A stretch of 64,000 nt of DNA from Octopus sinensis (lineage: Eukaryota): positions 111,786,001 through 111,850,000 of the forward strand of contig NC_043003.1 of assembly GCF_006345805.1 (NCBI RefSeq), in the 5' to 3' direction. How positions within the stretch are numbered: the first letter of the stretch is position 1; every line of letters begins with the position of its first letter. The notes under the pieces are model-generated. The model saw only the letters and a program-made list of their open reading frames with translations. It was not told the DNA's origin and did no database searches. Positions 10,760 through 24,399 of this stretch are shown in pieces. Both the position numbers and the translations under genes were made by a program.

Positions 10760-12180
10760 GTGTGAGCGTCACATATACGCTTGACGTTTTTCACTTGGTC
10801 ACGAAATGTCACAATACACACAAATTCACCCACAAAATACAATCCTTTACCCGTAACACCACGTACTACTTTTGTAGATTTACTTCATTTTGGGTTTCCG
10901 ATATACTCCCAAATTTTTTCATTCACAATGGTAATATCACGTCCAGTTTTACGTTTATATTGCATTTTTACTCTTATATTTTCAATGTTCCCATTTACGA
11001 ATTTCTTCGTTGTCACATTACCATTTTCTTCCGGCGATATCTTGTTTACTCTTTTTTTGGGGGGTTTTTTGGTTCCAACGTCTTGTCATCTTGGTTATAC
11101 AGGGCGCTTTTACGTGTACAATTTTTCCATAACGGAAATATTCCACTTACTTAAATGGGCAGGTTTTTCGCAGGTCTAGATCTCCACATGCAAAATATGG
11201 ATTTGTTTTCTGACTTTTGTCTTCTACCTGTCTTCTACCTGTCTTCTGTTTCCCGACGTACTTGTTTCACTTAGAAGCAATCTTATGTTCAATTTCTTTC
11301 TGTGTCGTGCCTTAGATTTACTATTCTTTTACACGCTTCTGACAATTGTTGTAAGGTTATAGCTTGATTTCGTTCCAGCCCAGCCAGAATTCCCGAGTAA
11401 ATCCCAGGCACTTGAACATGTCTGGTGTTAATTCGTCGAGATTAAACATTTCACATTCTCTACCAGCACTTCTAATGTAATTCTCTTTGCTTTTTAACGT
11501 TCAAACATTTTGCAGCGTGTATTTTCTCGCTGAAAATTTTACATAATATGTCTATTATATTTATAATGTTTATGTCAGAAGATTTGGGGGAGGGGTACGT
11601 AATTACTGTAACGCTCATGACCTCCTACTGCCAGTTGTCTTAGGATTATATGCATTTTAATATCACCGTCCCAATTTTTGTATTCTTTATTGACTATCTG
11701 TTCGTATCTTCTATGGTACGACGCGAAGGTAACTCCTTTATGTGGTTCATTCCGTTATTGAGTGTGCAAGATAATCTGGCGAGAACATCTTTTCAGCATT
11801 TTTGGACGATTTACTATTCATTAATTGCAGAATGTGTTGCCGTACTCATAGCTGTTGTTGTTTATCTTTTTGCAACTGGAGCAAACCGGCAAACAATTTT
11901 CCATTATTTTACTATTTTTCTACCGTATAATTCGTACAAAAAAACTTTTGAAATTTCCAACTCCTAGTGAGTTTGTTTAATCCTTGCAAATTTGTACATT
12001 CCTCGTGAGTTTGTTAATTTCTCGTCGCCGCAAGGTAAACCAAGGTCGGACTATTATAACGCACACTGTGGTATAGTAGTATAATTAGTTAGACAAGTAA
12101 AGCCACGACTATCTATAACCGACTTCACCGACATCCCGAACACTCGACCTCCTAAGTCACAATATTTCTAACGACTACAC
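10760..12180 (-). mobile_element. Gypsy/Ty3 LTR retrotransposon 5' remnant: possible LTR, PBS, gag, zinc knuckle, aspartic protease
   Basis: PBS-like CGGCGACGAG at 12030-12021; gag-like MFSPDYLAHSITE... and ELTPDMFKCL; knuckle-like PYFACGDLDLRKTCPFK; protease-like VKMQ...TGRDITIVNEKIWEYIGNP..KSTKVVRGVTGKGLYFVGEFVCIVTF. Many stops and frameshifts. Confidence 0.75.
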
Positions 12181-13426
12181 ATACCACTTGTTACGTAGGA
12201 TTGGTGTTCCATTATTTTCCATTATTTATTATTCCCATAACAGTATGCATGCACGAATTTATACGCTATAAAAGTTCAATTACATCAGATCTATGTGACT
12301 ATAGCTATTTCTGTTTTATCAGTAATAAAATCATATAAGATGAGATACTATTGATCAGGTTTGTAAACAAGTTTCATCGAAATTATTATCTATATACGAT
12401 AATCATAGATATTATGCGAAAATATATATCCAATAATATATTATAAGTGATATGACGTTCTTGTAGTTGAGATATTCATTACCGAACCGAAATTCAAGAA
12501 AAATATATTTGATATAGAAGTAAACCATACTATATGTGTAGTAATTTTTTTATATATGTATCAATAGTATATCGTGTCATTAACATCTTTTAATACAGTA
12601 TAAGAATATATATGAGCCAATGTGAAAAATATGCGAAAATGAGCAATATGTGATCCTTAACAATGACTTACGACAAGGTAGAAAGAATACCAAAATCTCA
12701 GGAATTTACATTCTAGGACTTTTTTCTTTCGTAATGCAGGGGAACATAATCACAGACATCGTTTTAATAACAAAAAGTAAATATATAAAAGGCAAATTTT
12801 GAAATATTCGATGCGTATAGCTGGAACATTATCATAGATGGGAACTACTATTTCGGATGAAAACATTTGAGAATTATTTATTCGTCATTAAATGCTTTGT
12901 GTAACGTTTTTGAGTCTGAATGTTACATATCTTAATTCCTTCGATTCTGCATTCAATAAACACGTTATGTCAGATTATTGATTCGATTTATGAATTCATA
13001 TCAAGTACTTAAGTCACCAAGTTGAAATCTCAAACATTTTCAATAGACTTTTAACATGTCCGTTATCAGTCTGTTAGAATACCGAAATGCATTCTTTTAT
13101 ATATGAAGACACTTAGATTTAAGATCTTATCGGTTAAAATTGGAGATTAATTGGCTCTCATATTTCTAGACACAAACCGTTTCTTCTTTCCAAATTCCTT
13201 CCCAAATTCTCCTCATATCGACGCCATTACTATTCAATATCAATTGTCAAGAACCATCATAAGCTTCTGTATAGAAACCACAGCTGCAAACGAGAACAAT
13301 AGAGAGTTTCCTATGAAAATGTCTTTTCAGATGTCAGTAAATAGGAGCTTGAAATTTATTTCTAAGAAAAATTATCGGGAGAGTTGAAACAGGAGCTTTA
13401 GACGACATAATCAATGTTAAATAAGA

Positions 13427-13431
13427 ATTAC

Positions 13432-13488
<57 letters not shown>

Positions 13489-13580
13489 CATCATCATCAT
13501 CATCATTCTTCTTCTTCTATTATTATTATTATTATTATTATTACTATTATCATCATCATCATTCTTATTATTATTTTTAT
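13427..13580. repeat. (ATT)n/(ATC)n array at the 3' end of the R4-type fragment
   Basis: Direct inspection. Confidence 0.95.
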
Positions 13581-13589
13581 TCCATTAAT

Positions 13590-14300
13590 AATCCAAGGCT
13601 CTAATATTTTAACTTTCAAGTCTTTATATTTACCGTTTGTCATATTCCTTTAAAGAAATATTTTAGCAACGGAAACACTTATGTACATTAATCTGCAAGT
13701 ATCTTCATCCCTGTCTTTATTAATTATGTCTGGTCGATTAGCCATGATTTTTCAATCAGTGTTGATTGTAAAATACTAGAGGACGGTAACACGTTTAACT
13801 ACAACGACTCCCTCGTCATGATATTCATTCCAATTATCAGGATTTCTGAATTTGAAGTGGTTACGTATGTTCCAATACGGATACTGTTCTACCCCATCGT
13901 TTCGATTTTTATATTCATTTAGTGTCACTACTGGGCATCTATTATTTTCGTCAAATGTGTCCAGAATCTCCATTTAAGGTCAGCAATCTTTTAGAGAACT
14001 TTACCTGGGTAATATCTAGTAAGTAACTCACGTGCTATAAATATGAAGCCTCCATTCTTTGCTTCATTTCTGAGCACTTCAACCTGATGGTTTGAGGTTT
14101 GGTCTGAATCTAATGTTAATCTCGGATAATATATTGTCCATACAGGGGCTTCTGGGTCCACCGCTTCTCAATTTGCTTTTACCCGTTCTCTTTGTAGTGA
14201 GCGTGATTCGTCTTGCTTGCCTCGTAGCACTGGTTTCAGGTTCTTCGTTTAATTCAGGGTTAACCCCAAGTCCCCTTTCGAATTTATAAGCTTACTTGGC
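13590..14300 (-). mobile_element. R4/Dong-type non-LTR retrotransposon 3' fragment (CCHC region plus RLE), decayed
   Basis: Minus translation KRWTQKPLYGQY...EGFIFIA..LLTRYY...RCPVVTLNEYKNRNDGV..YWNI...VTVL*YFTINTD*KIMANRPDII...KYKDL; the ANRPDI motif of the RLE domain. Confidence 0.7.
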
Positions 14301-14409
14301 AATAGAAGGTGACATTTTTACAGCTTTCATGTTCACACACAAGTCGAAATATTCCAAACTCTGCACTTGATAAATATCTGTTCATATATATATATATATA
14401 TATATATAC

Positions 14410-14600
14410 GCGTGTGTTTGTATTTCTGTGTTTGTCCCCCAACATTGCTTCACAACCGTTGCTGGTGTATTTACGTTCCCGTAACTTAACTGTTCAGCAA
14501 AAGAATCCGATAGAAAATATCGGAATAAGTCCTGAGGTCGACATGTTCGACTAAAGGTCGTGCTCCAGCATGGCCGCAATCAAATGAATGCAACAAAAAT
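14410..14600 (+). mobile_element. SINE family A, 3' half
   Basis: TGTCCCCCAACATTGCTT...GTGCTCCAGCATGGCCGCAATCAAATGA matches the 3' half of the full copy at 52392-52817. Confidence 0.8.
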
Positions 14601-14624
14601 GTATCAAAGAATATATATATATAT

Positions 14625-14856
14625 GTCAGGTCACTTTCGAGTGCTACTAGTAATATGTAACCCAGTACAACCTGTTGCATGGTCGGGTCGTCGGCGACTA
14701 AACTGGCAACCACACCAAGCTTGCTTAGTGAGTAGAGTGTTTATTGGACACCCTGCGAGATGAAAAACAAAACCCGTCAAAGAGCGGAGGAACTCTTGGC
14801 AGTAAACGACCATCCAATAAATGTCTTAAGGCTGTATCATGTGCGGCGACAAATAA
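14625..14856 (+). mobile_element. Orphan 5' end of an RTE-like LINE (5'UTR to putative start codon ATG TGC GGC GAC AAA at 14839)
   Basis: GC-richer non-repetitive block headed by an HDV-like ribozyme motif, which is known at RTE/R2/R4 5' ends. The RTE assignment rests on recollection of similar 5'UTRs and is inference. Confidence 0.4.
14650..14706 (+). ncRNA. HDV-like ribozyme motif, degenerate
   Basis: P2 CCAGU(14662-66)/ACUGG(14702-06); P3 (A)CA/UGC; L3 ACCUGU; P1 3' strand AUGGUC; P1.1 GG; P4 UCG(UCGG)CGA; J4/2 C-U-A-A with the catalytic-C position at 14698. The P1 5' strand is not intact. Confidence 0.55.
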
Positions 14857-14876
14857 ATAATCGATAAATAATTGTG

Positions 14877-14924
<48 letters not shown>

Positions 14925-14925
14925 T

Positions 14926-14996
<71 letters not shown>

Positions 14997-14997
14997 T

Positions 14998-15029
<32 letters not shown>

Positions 15030-15039
<10 letters not shown>

Positions 15040-15243
15040 GTTAATCCCAAAAAGAAAGCACAAAAAAACCACAACACGAGGACGTGGAACAAATATAGTA
15101 TTATTGGACGCTCAGGAAAGAAGGAAAGAAGAATGATCTAACGTTTCGAGCGGAGCTCTTCGTCGGAAACATAGGAGAAGGAAAGATCCAGAGAAGGGAA
15201 CACAGAGGAAAAAAATCGTCAACGGTACACCAGAGGTCACATT
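15030..15243 (-). mobile_element. ~210-bp hammerhead-bearing repeat, copy 2
   Basis: The reverse complement aligns with 141-352; the flanks are diverged and the central 33 nt are identical. Confidence 0.65.
15137..15170 (-). ncRNA. Minimal hammerhead ribozyme-like motif (core CCGACGA), copy 2
   Basis: GUUU-CCGACGA-A-GAGC(UCC)GCUC-GAAAC-GUU-AGA(U); stem I is retained through G.U wobbles. Confidence 0.6.
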
Positions 15244-16489
15244 TTGAAAAATATTTATAAATACATACACACCCACATGTTCCGCCAGTGAACAGAGATG
15301 TTATTTTCCACTTCTCACTCCTCATTCCTTTCTTCTCCTAACAAATTCTAGTTTTTTCTTAATCGTATATCTTTTCTTTCTCTCCTCATAATATTCTCTC
15401 CCTGCATTTTTTTACTCTCTTTCAATGTATTTACATGGTACTTGATATCCAACAAAGTAATTTTTAAATTGCGGGACATTAGACAAGATACTTTTGTAAC
15501 TGTGCAAAAAAAACGCAGTAAGATCGTTACTGTACTGTCCCTGATATTGAAACTTGTGTCAGACAATTATTCAACATTTCTGTAGCTATCATCTGTGATG
15601 TCCCTGTAACTAAATATTATATTTATTGATTCTTTCCTTCCGCCAATGAACATAATGATTCTGATTATTGATTGGAACTATCAATTTCTATTAAACGTTT
15701 CAGTCATCAAGTTGGGATCACATGATTTATCAATATACGTTTATCGTGTTAGTTATCAGTTTGGATTTAAATTGAACTATAATCGTACATATTAAGCCCA
15801 CTTAGATTTGAGGTCTTATCAGCTAGAATCGGATATTACCTGTTTGTTCCATTTCAAAACATTATCGTTATCTTCCCTCAAAATCCTATCCCGAATTCCA
15901 GTCATGTATTCCACTGTGTTTTCCAAGTGTCAATTGTTAACATTCAGCTCTCGAAACGACCGAAAGTACTGCTGTAGTACGCTGGACAATACATGTTTCT
16001 ACTTCAAATGTCTTTATTAACTATAACGCACTGGAAACTATAAACGCATTATAAGAGCCGAAACTTGATCACAGATCAGATAAAATCGTTTAAGTTATGA
16101 AAGTTTATTACTTTGGCTCTTAGTGATCTGAATACAAATCTGGCTAATGCCATTTAGTCTTCCATCATTTCGGCATCGATAACATAAATGTATATTCAAA
16201 TAATGGATCATTTAAACTCGCCCAATCCCCATTACTTTATTGTTCTTGCGCCAGACTTCGAAACCCTTATTATTATTTCGTTAGTTAAATAATTTGCAGT
16301 ATTTCATATGGTTTTAAATGCTCTGAATTTAAATTCTACCGAGTTGCACTTAGCCTTACGGTTTTTCGGTGTGCATACACGAAAGTAACACTCAAGTGTT
16401 GGTGTTCTCAAAATCGACTAATCAAACCCCTCCTTTTAAATTGCTTTGCCTTGTTTCAAATTATACACTGTATTGATTATTATTATTAT

Positions 16490-16720
16490 GGCCAAAACGT
16501 AGGCCTTGAACTGACAAAATCGTTAGCTTCCCGGCAGAATGCTTACTGCCATTTCGCCTGTCCATAAGTTCAGATTTCAAACTCTGACGAGGTCGATTTT
16601 GCCCTCTATACCTTTCGGGGTCCTTAGAATAAATACCAGTCAAACACTGCGGTCGATGGCATCGACTAAACCCGTCCCTAAAATGTCCATGCCTTATACC
16701 CTTGGTATAAATGATTATTA
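16490..16720 (+). mobile_element. SINE family C, diverged
   Basis: ATCGTTAGC...GAGGTCGATTTTGCC...CCTTTCGGGGTC; preceded by a short (ATT)n. Confidence 0.65.
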
Positions 16721-17011
16721 ATAAAATGTCAGCAATCATAAGATGGTTAACTTTTGAAGTATACTTGTGCCAATCTCGGTAAATTGGTAAAATATCAATC
16801 ATTATAATTGTAGGTTTGCCATATTCCCTGATGGGGTGAGGGTAAATTTTTATTAATTTTGTCCAAACGTTCCGCTGATGTCAATTTCGCTTTTCGGAGT
16901 CGATGAAATAAGTAACTTTTGAACACTCTCAGATGAACTCATCGACTTTAGCTCTACCTCGAAATTGCTGGCATTGTACCAAAATTTGAAATCAATATTA
17001 TTGTAGCATAT

Positions 17012-17230
17012 AAGGTGGTGACTCAACAGAATCGTTAGCTCGTCGGGCAAAATGCTTAGGGGCATTTCATTCGTCTGTATGTTATGAGTTCAAATTCCAC
17101 CGAGGTTGACTTTAATTTTTAACCTTTCGGAGACGATAAAATAATAACCAATTGAAAATAAGTACCTGTCGAATAGTTGATATATTTCCTCCCACGAAAT
17201 TCCTAGTTTTCTGCCAAAATTTCAAATCAG
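17012..17230 (+). mobile_element. SINE family C
   Basis: GAATCGTTAGC...GAGTTCAAATTCCACCGAGGTTGACTTT. Confidence 0.7.
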
Positions 17231-17845
17231 TATCATTGATATTTTTGTAGCGCTATATAATCGTTCGCTCTAAATTAATCTAGCGAGAACTCTTGTGGTC
17301 AATGCGGCAAAACATTTCTGATGAACAACTTCCTTGGAAAGCATCTAAGACGTTTATTTACTACAGTAAATATTGACAATTGAAGTGACGCTTTCTGTTA
17401 TCGCGAAGTCCTCAGACATTTACACCCTCTTCTTTCCTCTCTTCCTTCTATTCCAGTGTGTCTTTAATTCTCTATTTCTTATTGTGTCTTGAGCTTTCCT
17501 TCACCCATTACCTGCCGCGAATCCTTGTATGCACACTTATACCTGAATAAGTACACGCACAAATACATTTACGCACAAATACACACACACAAACAAACAT
17601 ATATTTCTAATATAGGATAAAATGTTCCGAAAGAAATTTTATCAATGGCCAGCATATTACAAAATACCTTTAGAGGTTAAATTTATAAACAACTTATAAA
17701 CAAGGGCAAAAGAAGAAAGAATTATAATGCCAAATATGCCAAAACATCCTCCATAACCATATAATTCATCACTATAAGCACGCGTGTCGAAGAAAGGCGA
17801 CAGAAATTTCTGAAAATATTTCCTTTTGCCCTTGTTTATAAGTTG

Positions 17846-18105
<260 letters not shown>

Positions 18106-20261
18106 GTGTAAACACGGTGTGTGTGCGTATATGCGTATATTGCTGAACATACATTTTGAGAAGTAGATTATTACCCTCCAAAATCAATGATGACGGTTAG
18201 TATTTTGCATAACATTTTAAAGTTGTATCTGTGAGTTTCTCATAACCTACTACAATGTTTGAGCTGGCGATTGATGTATCATGTCCTCCACTGTTAGTGT
18301 TGCTCAGAGATTCGCACGTAAATAGAGAAAATGTTTTGTAATAATTTGGGTGCAAGTTTGGAATAACAGAACAGATAAAATAGAATAAGTATCTTGATCT
18401 ATATTTTCAATGCAGCTCGATCAACTATTCACACACGTTTGAAAACTCGATACTTGGTTTTCACCTTTCCTTTTCAGTTCATTCTAGGAATCTGGTACAA
18501 AAACACAATATTGCGAACCATCGCTCAAAGGCCAAAAACGCACAAATTAACTCCAACTTTTTAAAACAATAATATGATCTGCACCAAATCACCTGAGATA
18601 AATTTGTGAAAAACGACATAAAAATAAACAACGGTTTTATTCTTTAATCTGCCGTTCTTTTCTTTATTAAAAACACAATTTTACACACGAAATATTTAGT
18701 CAGAAATAAGCGGTTCAGTTATGAATGTGAAAAAATATGCTGCACTCGATATATTATCAAATATATCCCAAAAATAATTTATCACAAAACACAATGCGCT
18801 GTGTTATTTTACAACAATAGTGCCGTGCACCAAAATATAGATATATGCAATGTATGACAACATTATAAACAAAACGCATTTATCTATACAACAATATCTA
18901 ACATAGTTTAGAACATAGCAAACCGAGTAACATCATAATATTTTGTATGCTTGACTATATCTTATTGTTTTTTTGTTTTGTTTCTTTGTTTGTTTGTTTT
19001 TTGCTTAAACATGCATATTATGTGCTTTTGACTTTTATGAGATTTGCTAAAGAAATGGCTCTATCTCAAAAGAGTAATACGAAACAGTATTCTAATTCTT
19101 GGACAAAGAAGAAAGTTCGATTAATAAAGAAAGAAGCATATATTATAAGGCAAATGGGCCAGCGTTTATGATCCTTGTGTTGTTCGACTGTTATCTTCCA
19201 TTGATTGCGGCTTGTTCAGATACCGTATTCAAAGGATTTAATCGGTCATAACGAATGCAGAAAATATTTCAGCCCGGTGCTATATTATCGACATATACGT
19301 ATGGAACCACGCAGTTATAGTTTTGACAACTTGAAAAAGGAAGATGCGTTTACGATAGATATCAAAAATACAATCACACACACACACACTGAGACTCACT
19401 TATAATATATATAATTATGTCCGCGTTTGCGTACACCTGTTCATATATACACACGCAGATGTTACATACATACGTACATACATTTACACATTCATACATG
19501 GAATCATGACGTGTTTCCGTAGCCTCTGTTTAATCAATTGCGCATTTTACTTTGTTTAACTGATAATTTAAACACAACACTATACTCCAAGTGATTTTCA
19601 TGAATAATTTCGTGTACAATATAACTGCGCTGCAAATTTCCGCACCAGATAGACTTAAGTATAACTACATCGGATTTTAAATTATACACACCTGATTGTA
19701 TATAACGATAGCACGATGGAGTGGCGGCTGTATGTCTGTAAAATTTTCTTCCTAGAGTGCATTTGGTTATATGTAATAGTGTTTGTTATCTCACATAACA
19801 GTCATTATAAGTGTACTCTCCGCTATGTATCAATTTTAAATAGCAGCCTCTAATGGTAATTGCTTGAAGGTAATTAAAAATTGCTTTCCAGATGTTGATA
19901 CGACTGATCGCAGTTCACTTTGTGGTCTCATTATTCCGAAATGTAAAACTTCATTCAAACAAAAGCTAAGAAATATTGCTATCAGGAACCAAATAATAAT
20001 ACTTGAACACAAATCTAACATTATTTGATCATATTTTTACATATATTTTGTAATGCAGCACTATGCAGAAGCAAAGTATTCCTTGGTCATTTACAATAAA
20101 TTCGCCATCTCTTTTAGAAGTGTGTACTTGAAACGTGAAAAATATTTTTTCCACATTTCTCGGGCATCAAACTAAATGCAAATCTCTGTACAGCTTTTAC
20201 CTCTAATACATGTACTTTTTATCCTTTGAAATTATATATAGTTCCAAAGTATGAAAAGTAC

Positions 20262-20295
<34 letters not shown>

Positions 20296-20359
20296 TTCGC
20301 TTTCTCTGTGTGTATATATATAATAAATAAATAAATAATATAATATTATATATATATAT

Positions 20360-20424
<65 letters not shown>

Positions 20425-20466
20425 AGAGGAGAATCAAGAAGCTGAACATTCAAACTTGTTATTTTG

Positions 20467-20516
20467 TTCTAGTTTGAATAAAAGTTTGATCGCACCAATG
20501 CCATATTGATACATAC

Positions 20517-20568
<52 letters not shown>

Positions 20569-20626
20569 CCAATCTAAAACTTCTAGTTTGAATAAAAGTT
20601 TGATCGCACCAATGCCATATTGATAC

Positions 20627-20686
<60 letters not shown>

Positions 20687-20698
20687 CCAATCTAAAAC
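20467..20698. repeat. Tandem duplication of a ~114-118-bp unit containing (TACA)n(TA)n
   Basis: TTCTAGTTTGAATAAAAGTTTGATCGCACCAATGCCATATTGATAC...CATATCCAATCTAAAAC occurs at 20467-20580 and again at 20581-20698. Confidence 0.92.
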
Positions 20699-21098
20699 TT
20701 ATAATACTTAAGTATATATGCTTGAGTATATTTCAGTTACTCAAATTCAACGTGTGATGTGCATAAAACGAGTAGATTAAATTATGGGTTGCCATGTAAT
20801 GCACAAGTATGCGTAATCCCAATAGCCACATCGGTAAAATCTTATTCATCACTGCTGTCTATAGAAGGTGTAATTCGTTTGCAGAAGGACATTTGGCTTA
20901 TATAGTCTGAGGAAATATCAAGAAGCTACAAAAATGTCTCTCACGAACCTTTCTATTGTATGCAGTGAATGCGTCGAGAGAAAGTGATTGTCCTCGCGTA
21001 AATTGCTTTCATTGTCAGGGGCTATGTATGTATATATATGTATGTATGTATATATATATATATATATATATATGTAAATATATATATATATATATGTA

Positions 21099-21129
<31 letters not shown>

Positions 21130-21864
21130 TTGTGTGTGTGTAGGAACATCAGTGTGTTTATGGTGAGAGACAGACAGTCAGAGAGGCGGACAGATAAATA
21201 CATATATAATTATATACGATCATACATACATGCATACAGACATAAATCGATATAAACAAGTGCTATATTTCCAAGTCTCTTAAGCTTATTAAAACATTAA
21301 AAATGTATTGTCATGCTTCATTATCAACTAGCAAAGTTACCGAAAATATATCATCAAATATTTTAAGATAAGTGTAGATGCACTTAGTTATTTGGAATCA
21401 TACCAACTGTATGATAATGGTATAACATTCTATAAAAGCTCTGGTAACAGGTTCTCAAAATGGTTATTAATGCGTAGTGAACAATACATGTTTGATGCAC
21501 AACGGATATCATATAACAATGAACGGAGAAAATATGAAAATAAATTAAAATTGAAAATAGTAAGTAATATTCCAATAAGTCACAAAATTTATTTGTGTGT
21601 GCGTGTGCTTGTATGTGTGTGTCCATGTATACATGTGTCCAAGCATACATGCATACGTACATTCATACAGACATACATACATAAATACATACATACATAC
21701 ATACATACATACATACATACATACATACATACATACATACATACATACATACATGTATACATACATGCCTACAGAAACATGTGTGTATGTGATAAGAGGT
21801 TTGTTTCTCAGCCACATGCTCCCTATCTTGATCTCATTGCAGGATGCGTTTCGTAAATGACTCA

Positions 21865-22110
21865 TATCATAGACTCGAGCCAACCAATGCCTTGTGAATG
21901 GATATGGTACACGGAACATGAAACAAGCCCGTTGCGTATATATATTTATATATATATATATATATGTGTACGTCTTTGTCTCCCATAACTGCACGACGTC
22001 TAGCGCTGGTGTGTTTCCATCCCCTTAAATTAGTCATTCGGCGAAATAGACTGATAAAATTAAATAAGAATCAAGCTTTAAAGGATAAATATTGGGGTCA
22101 CTTTTTCTAA
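21865..22110 (+). mobile_element. SINE family A, diverged internal/3' part
   Basis: GCCTTGTGAATGGATATGGTACACGG...AAGCCCGTTG and GCTGGTGTGTTT...TTCGGCGAAATAGAC motifs. Confidence 0.55.
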
Positions 22111-22185
22111 TAAAATCTTCAGGTTTTCCTCGACACTACCGCAGTCTAGTAACTGAAACCAGTTGCAGATGAAATATTTAAACGT

Positions 22186-22242
<57 letters not shown>

Positions 22243-22262
22243 ACATACATATACACACAACC

Positions 22263-22301
<39 letters not shown>

Positions 22302-22610
22302 TATATGTATATATATATATACATGTGTATACATATATATATATATATATACATACATATATATATGTATATATATTATATATTATACATATATATATGT
22401 ATATATATATATACTGTGTATATATATATATACATACATATATTATGTATATATATACATATGTATACATATATATATATATATACATAAAAATATATAT
22501 TTGTATACACATGTATATTATATTAACTTATATATATATACATATATATGTATGTATATATATATATAAATAAATATATATACGCACAATATATATATAT
22601 ATATACACAT
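22186..22610. repeat. Compound (CA)n/(TA)n microsatellite
   Basis: Direct inspection. Confidence 0.95.
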
Positions 22611-23173
22611 ATAATTTTTAGTTATGTTTCTTATGAACATAGAAATAATTGTTATCTACTTTTAAATCGAAGATCTGTTTCAACACTCAGTATTATCGTA
22701 TTGATTAATGTCACCATTAATGATATATTCATATATTGAATGTATACATAATTATTATTGCGTGACCATTCAGAAGATAGCCTACAGTTAAATCGTGCCA
22801 TTGAAATCTGAAAGGAAATTCATACTTAAGATATGTATTGTGTGTGCCTGTAATTATATACACATACATACGCATACAAGCATAAATATATTTTTAAGCG
22901 AACACACACACACATATAGGTACATATATGTTTTTAAGATACACGCATATTATATGTCCACGCACGTTTAAACTTTATATATATATATATGAAATACAGT
23001 ATGCTACCTAGACAAATTACATGTTTGAGAAATATAAATTTTCAAACAGAACAAACTAAAATATCTTTTGTGTGGTGGAGCGTGTGATGAAGCTTGTGTA
23101 GAAATATCTACCGCCCACTTGTTCTTACTGGTAACATTTGTATAATGAGTTGTTATTACTCACTCCACTACCT

Positions 23174-23410
23174 GAGGAGGTGTGCATATTAGTAGTTAGG
23201 CGTGTTGGACTCATGATCGTAAGATTGTGGTTTCAATTCCTGTACCGGGTAACTCGTTGTGTTTTTGAGCAAAACGCTCATTTCACATTCCTCTAGTTCA
23301 CTCATCTGGCAAAAGTGAGTCACCCTGCGACGGAACAGCGTCCCCTCTATAAGGGAATATATGCACCAAAGAAACTGGGAATTCGGCTATATAATTATGC
23401 ATGACTCGGA
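23174..23410 (+). mobile_element. tRNA-derived SINE with a family-B-like head and a different tail
   Basis: Head TTAGTAGTTAGG...TCATGATCGTAAG...GGTTTCAATTCC and TTGAGCAAAACGC core; the tail CACCCTGCGACGG... differs from 36689-37012. Confidence 0.6.
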
Positions 23411-24399
23411 AATGACACCGCTACTACGATCTTGGTTTTCCTCCTCTCATTGAAAAATATAAAAGCTCCGGTTATTGCATATTTGAAGAATGGAAATACA
23501 TAATTTTACATGTGCAAGATGTTTATATCCAATCTGTAACTTGATATTTAATGAAACTGTATGAAATTATTTTTATAATTTAAAAAGTTTTGAAGGAAGA
23601 AATAGAAAGGAATCTGGCCGTTCGGGTAATATACTGTAAAATGTGAAAGAAGAAAAATAAGGAGTAGCAGGGGAACAGAAAAATGCACTATTCCAAATTT
23701 AAAACTCCTGTTTACATGAGAGATATCTTGTAGAATATCAGTATAAAATCACAGGTCCACATATATGTATACATGTATGCATGTAATTATGTATAGATAC
23801 ATAGAGAAAATACATGAGATCCAGAGATTTCCAATAAGGAATAAAATCAGTGGCGTACAAATGACTTGAATTCACAATCCAAAACCTTTACTCATGATTT
23901 AGTCCGTGGAGCAAAGAATAACTATAAGGGGAATCGAGCAGCAGATATAGTAACAGTGATGCAAATAAACAAATAAAACTGTGTGTGCCTGGTATTCAAA
24001 ATATCATGGATACTTTTAAATAGAGAGAAAGCAAAGTTTGGAAATTTTAGAAGAACAAGTATTCAAGTATACATAATTATACTAGAACTACTACCGTTTG
24101 TATTGGGTCTCTTGGACATGAGCTCAGCAATCAAACCAGCCTATCTAAAACGCTAAACTGATGATACAATCCTATCACAATTGTTCACTCTCATTATACA
24201 ATAAGCTTGCAAAACCTCTTGAATGCAATAAACAAGTTCGCTGATGAAACGAACATGTAGTTTAGTTCAATGCTGAGACGTTTCAAATATTCCAGTCAAC
24301 CGCAAACAGAATACACAGGACCAGGGGGTAGTGCAGTCCCTGAGTTACAGTCGGAGCATGACTTAGAAATTCACATGAATAAGCATGCAACATCCTATG

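Noticed and set aside
15840-15990. Minus-strand protein-like frame with one TGA (possible selenocysteine) ending at a donor site
   Set aside because: No good acceptor, no SECIS seen and no recognisable protein.
17312-17350. CUGAUGA...GAAA hammerhead-like spacing
   Set aside because: Stem II is only 3 weak pairs, stem I does not form and there is no second copy; likely chance.
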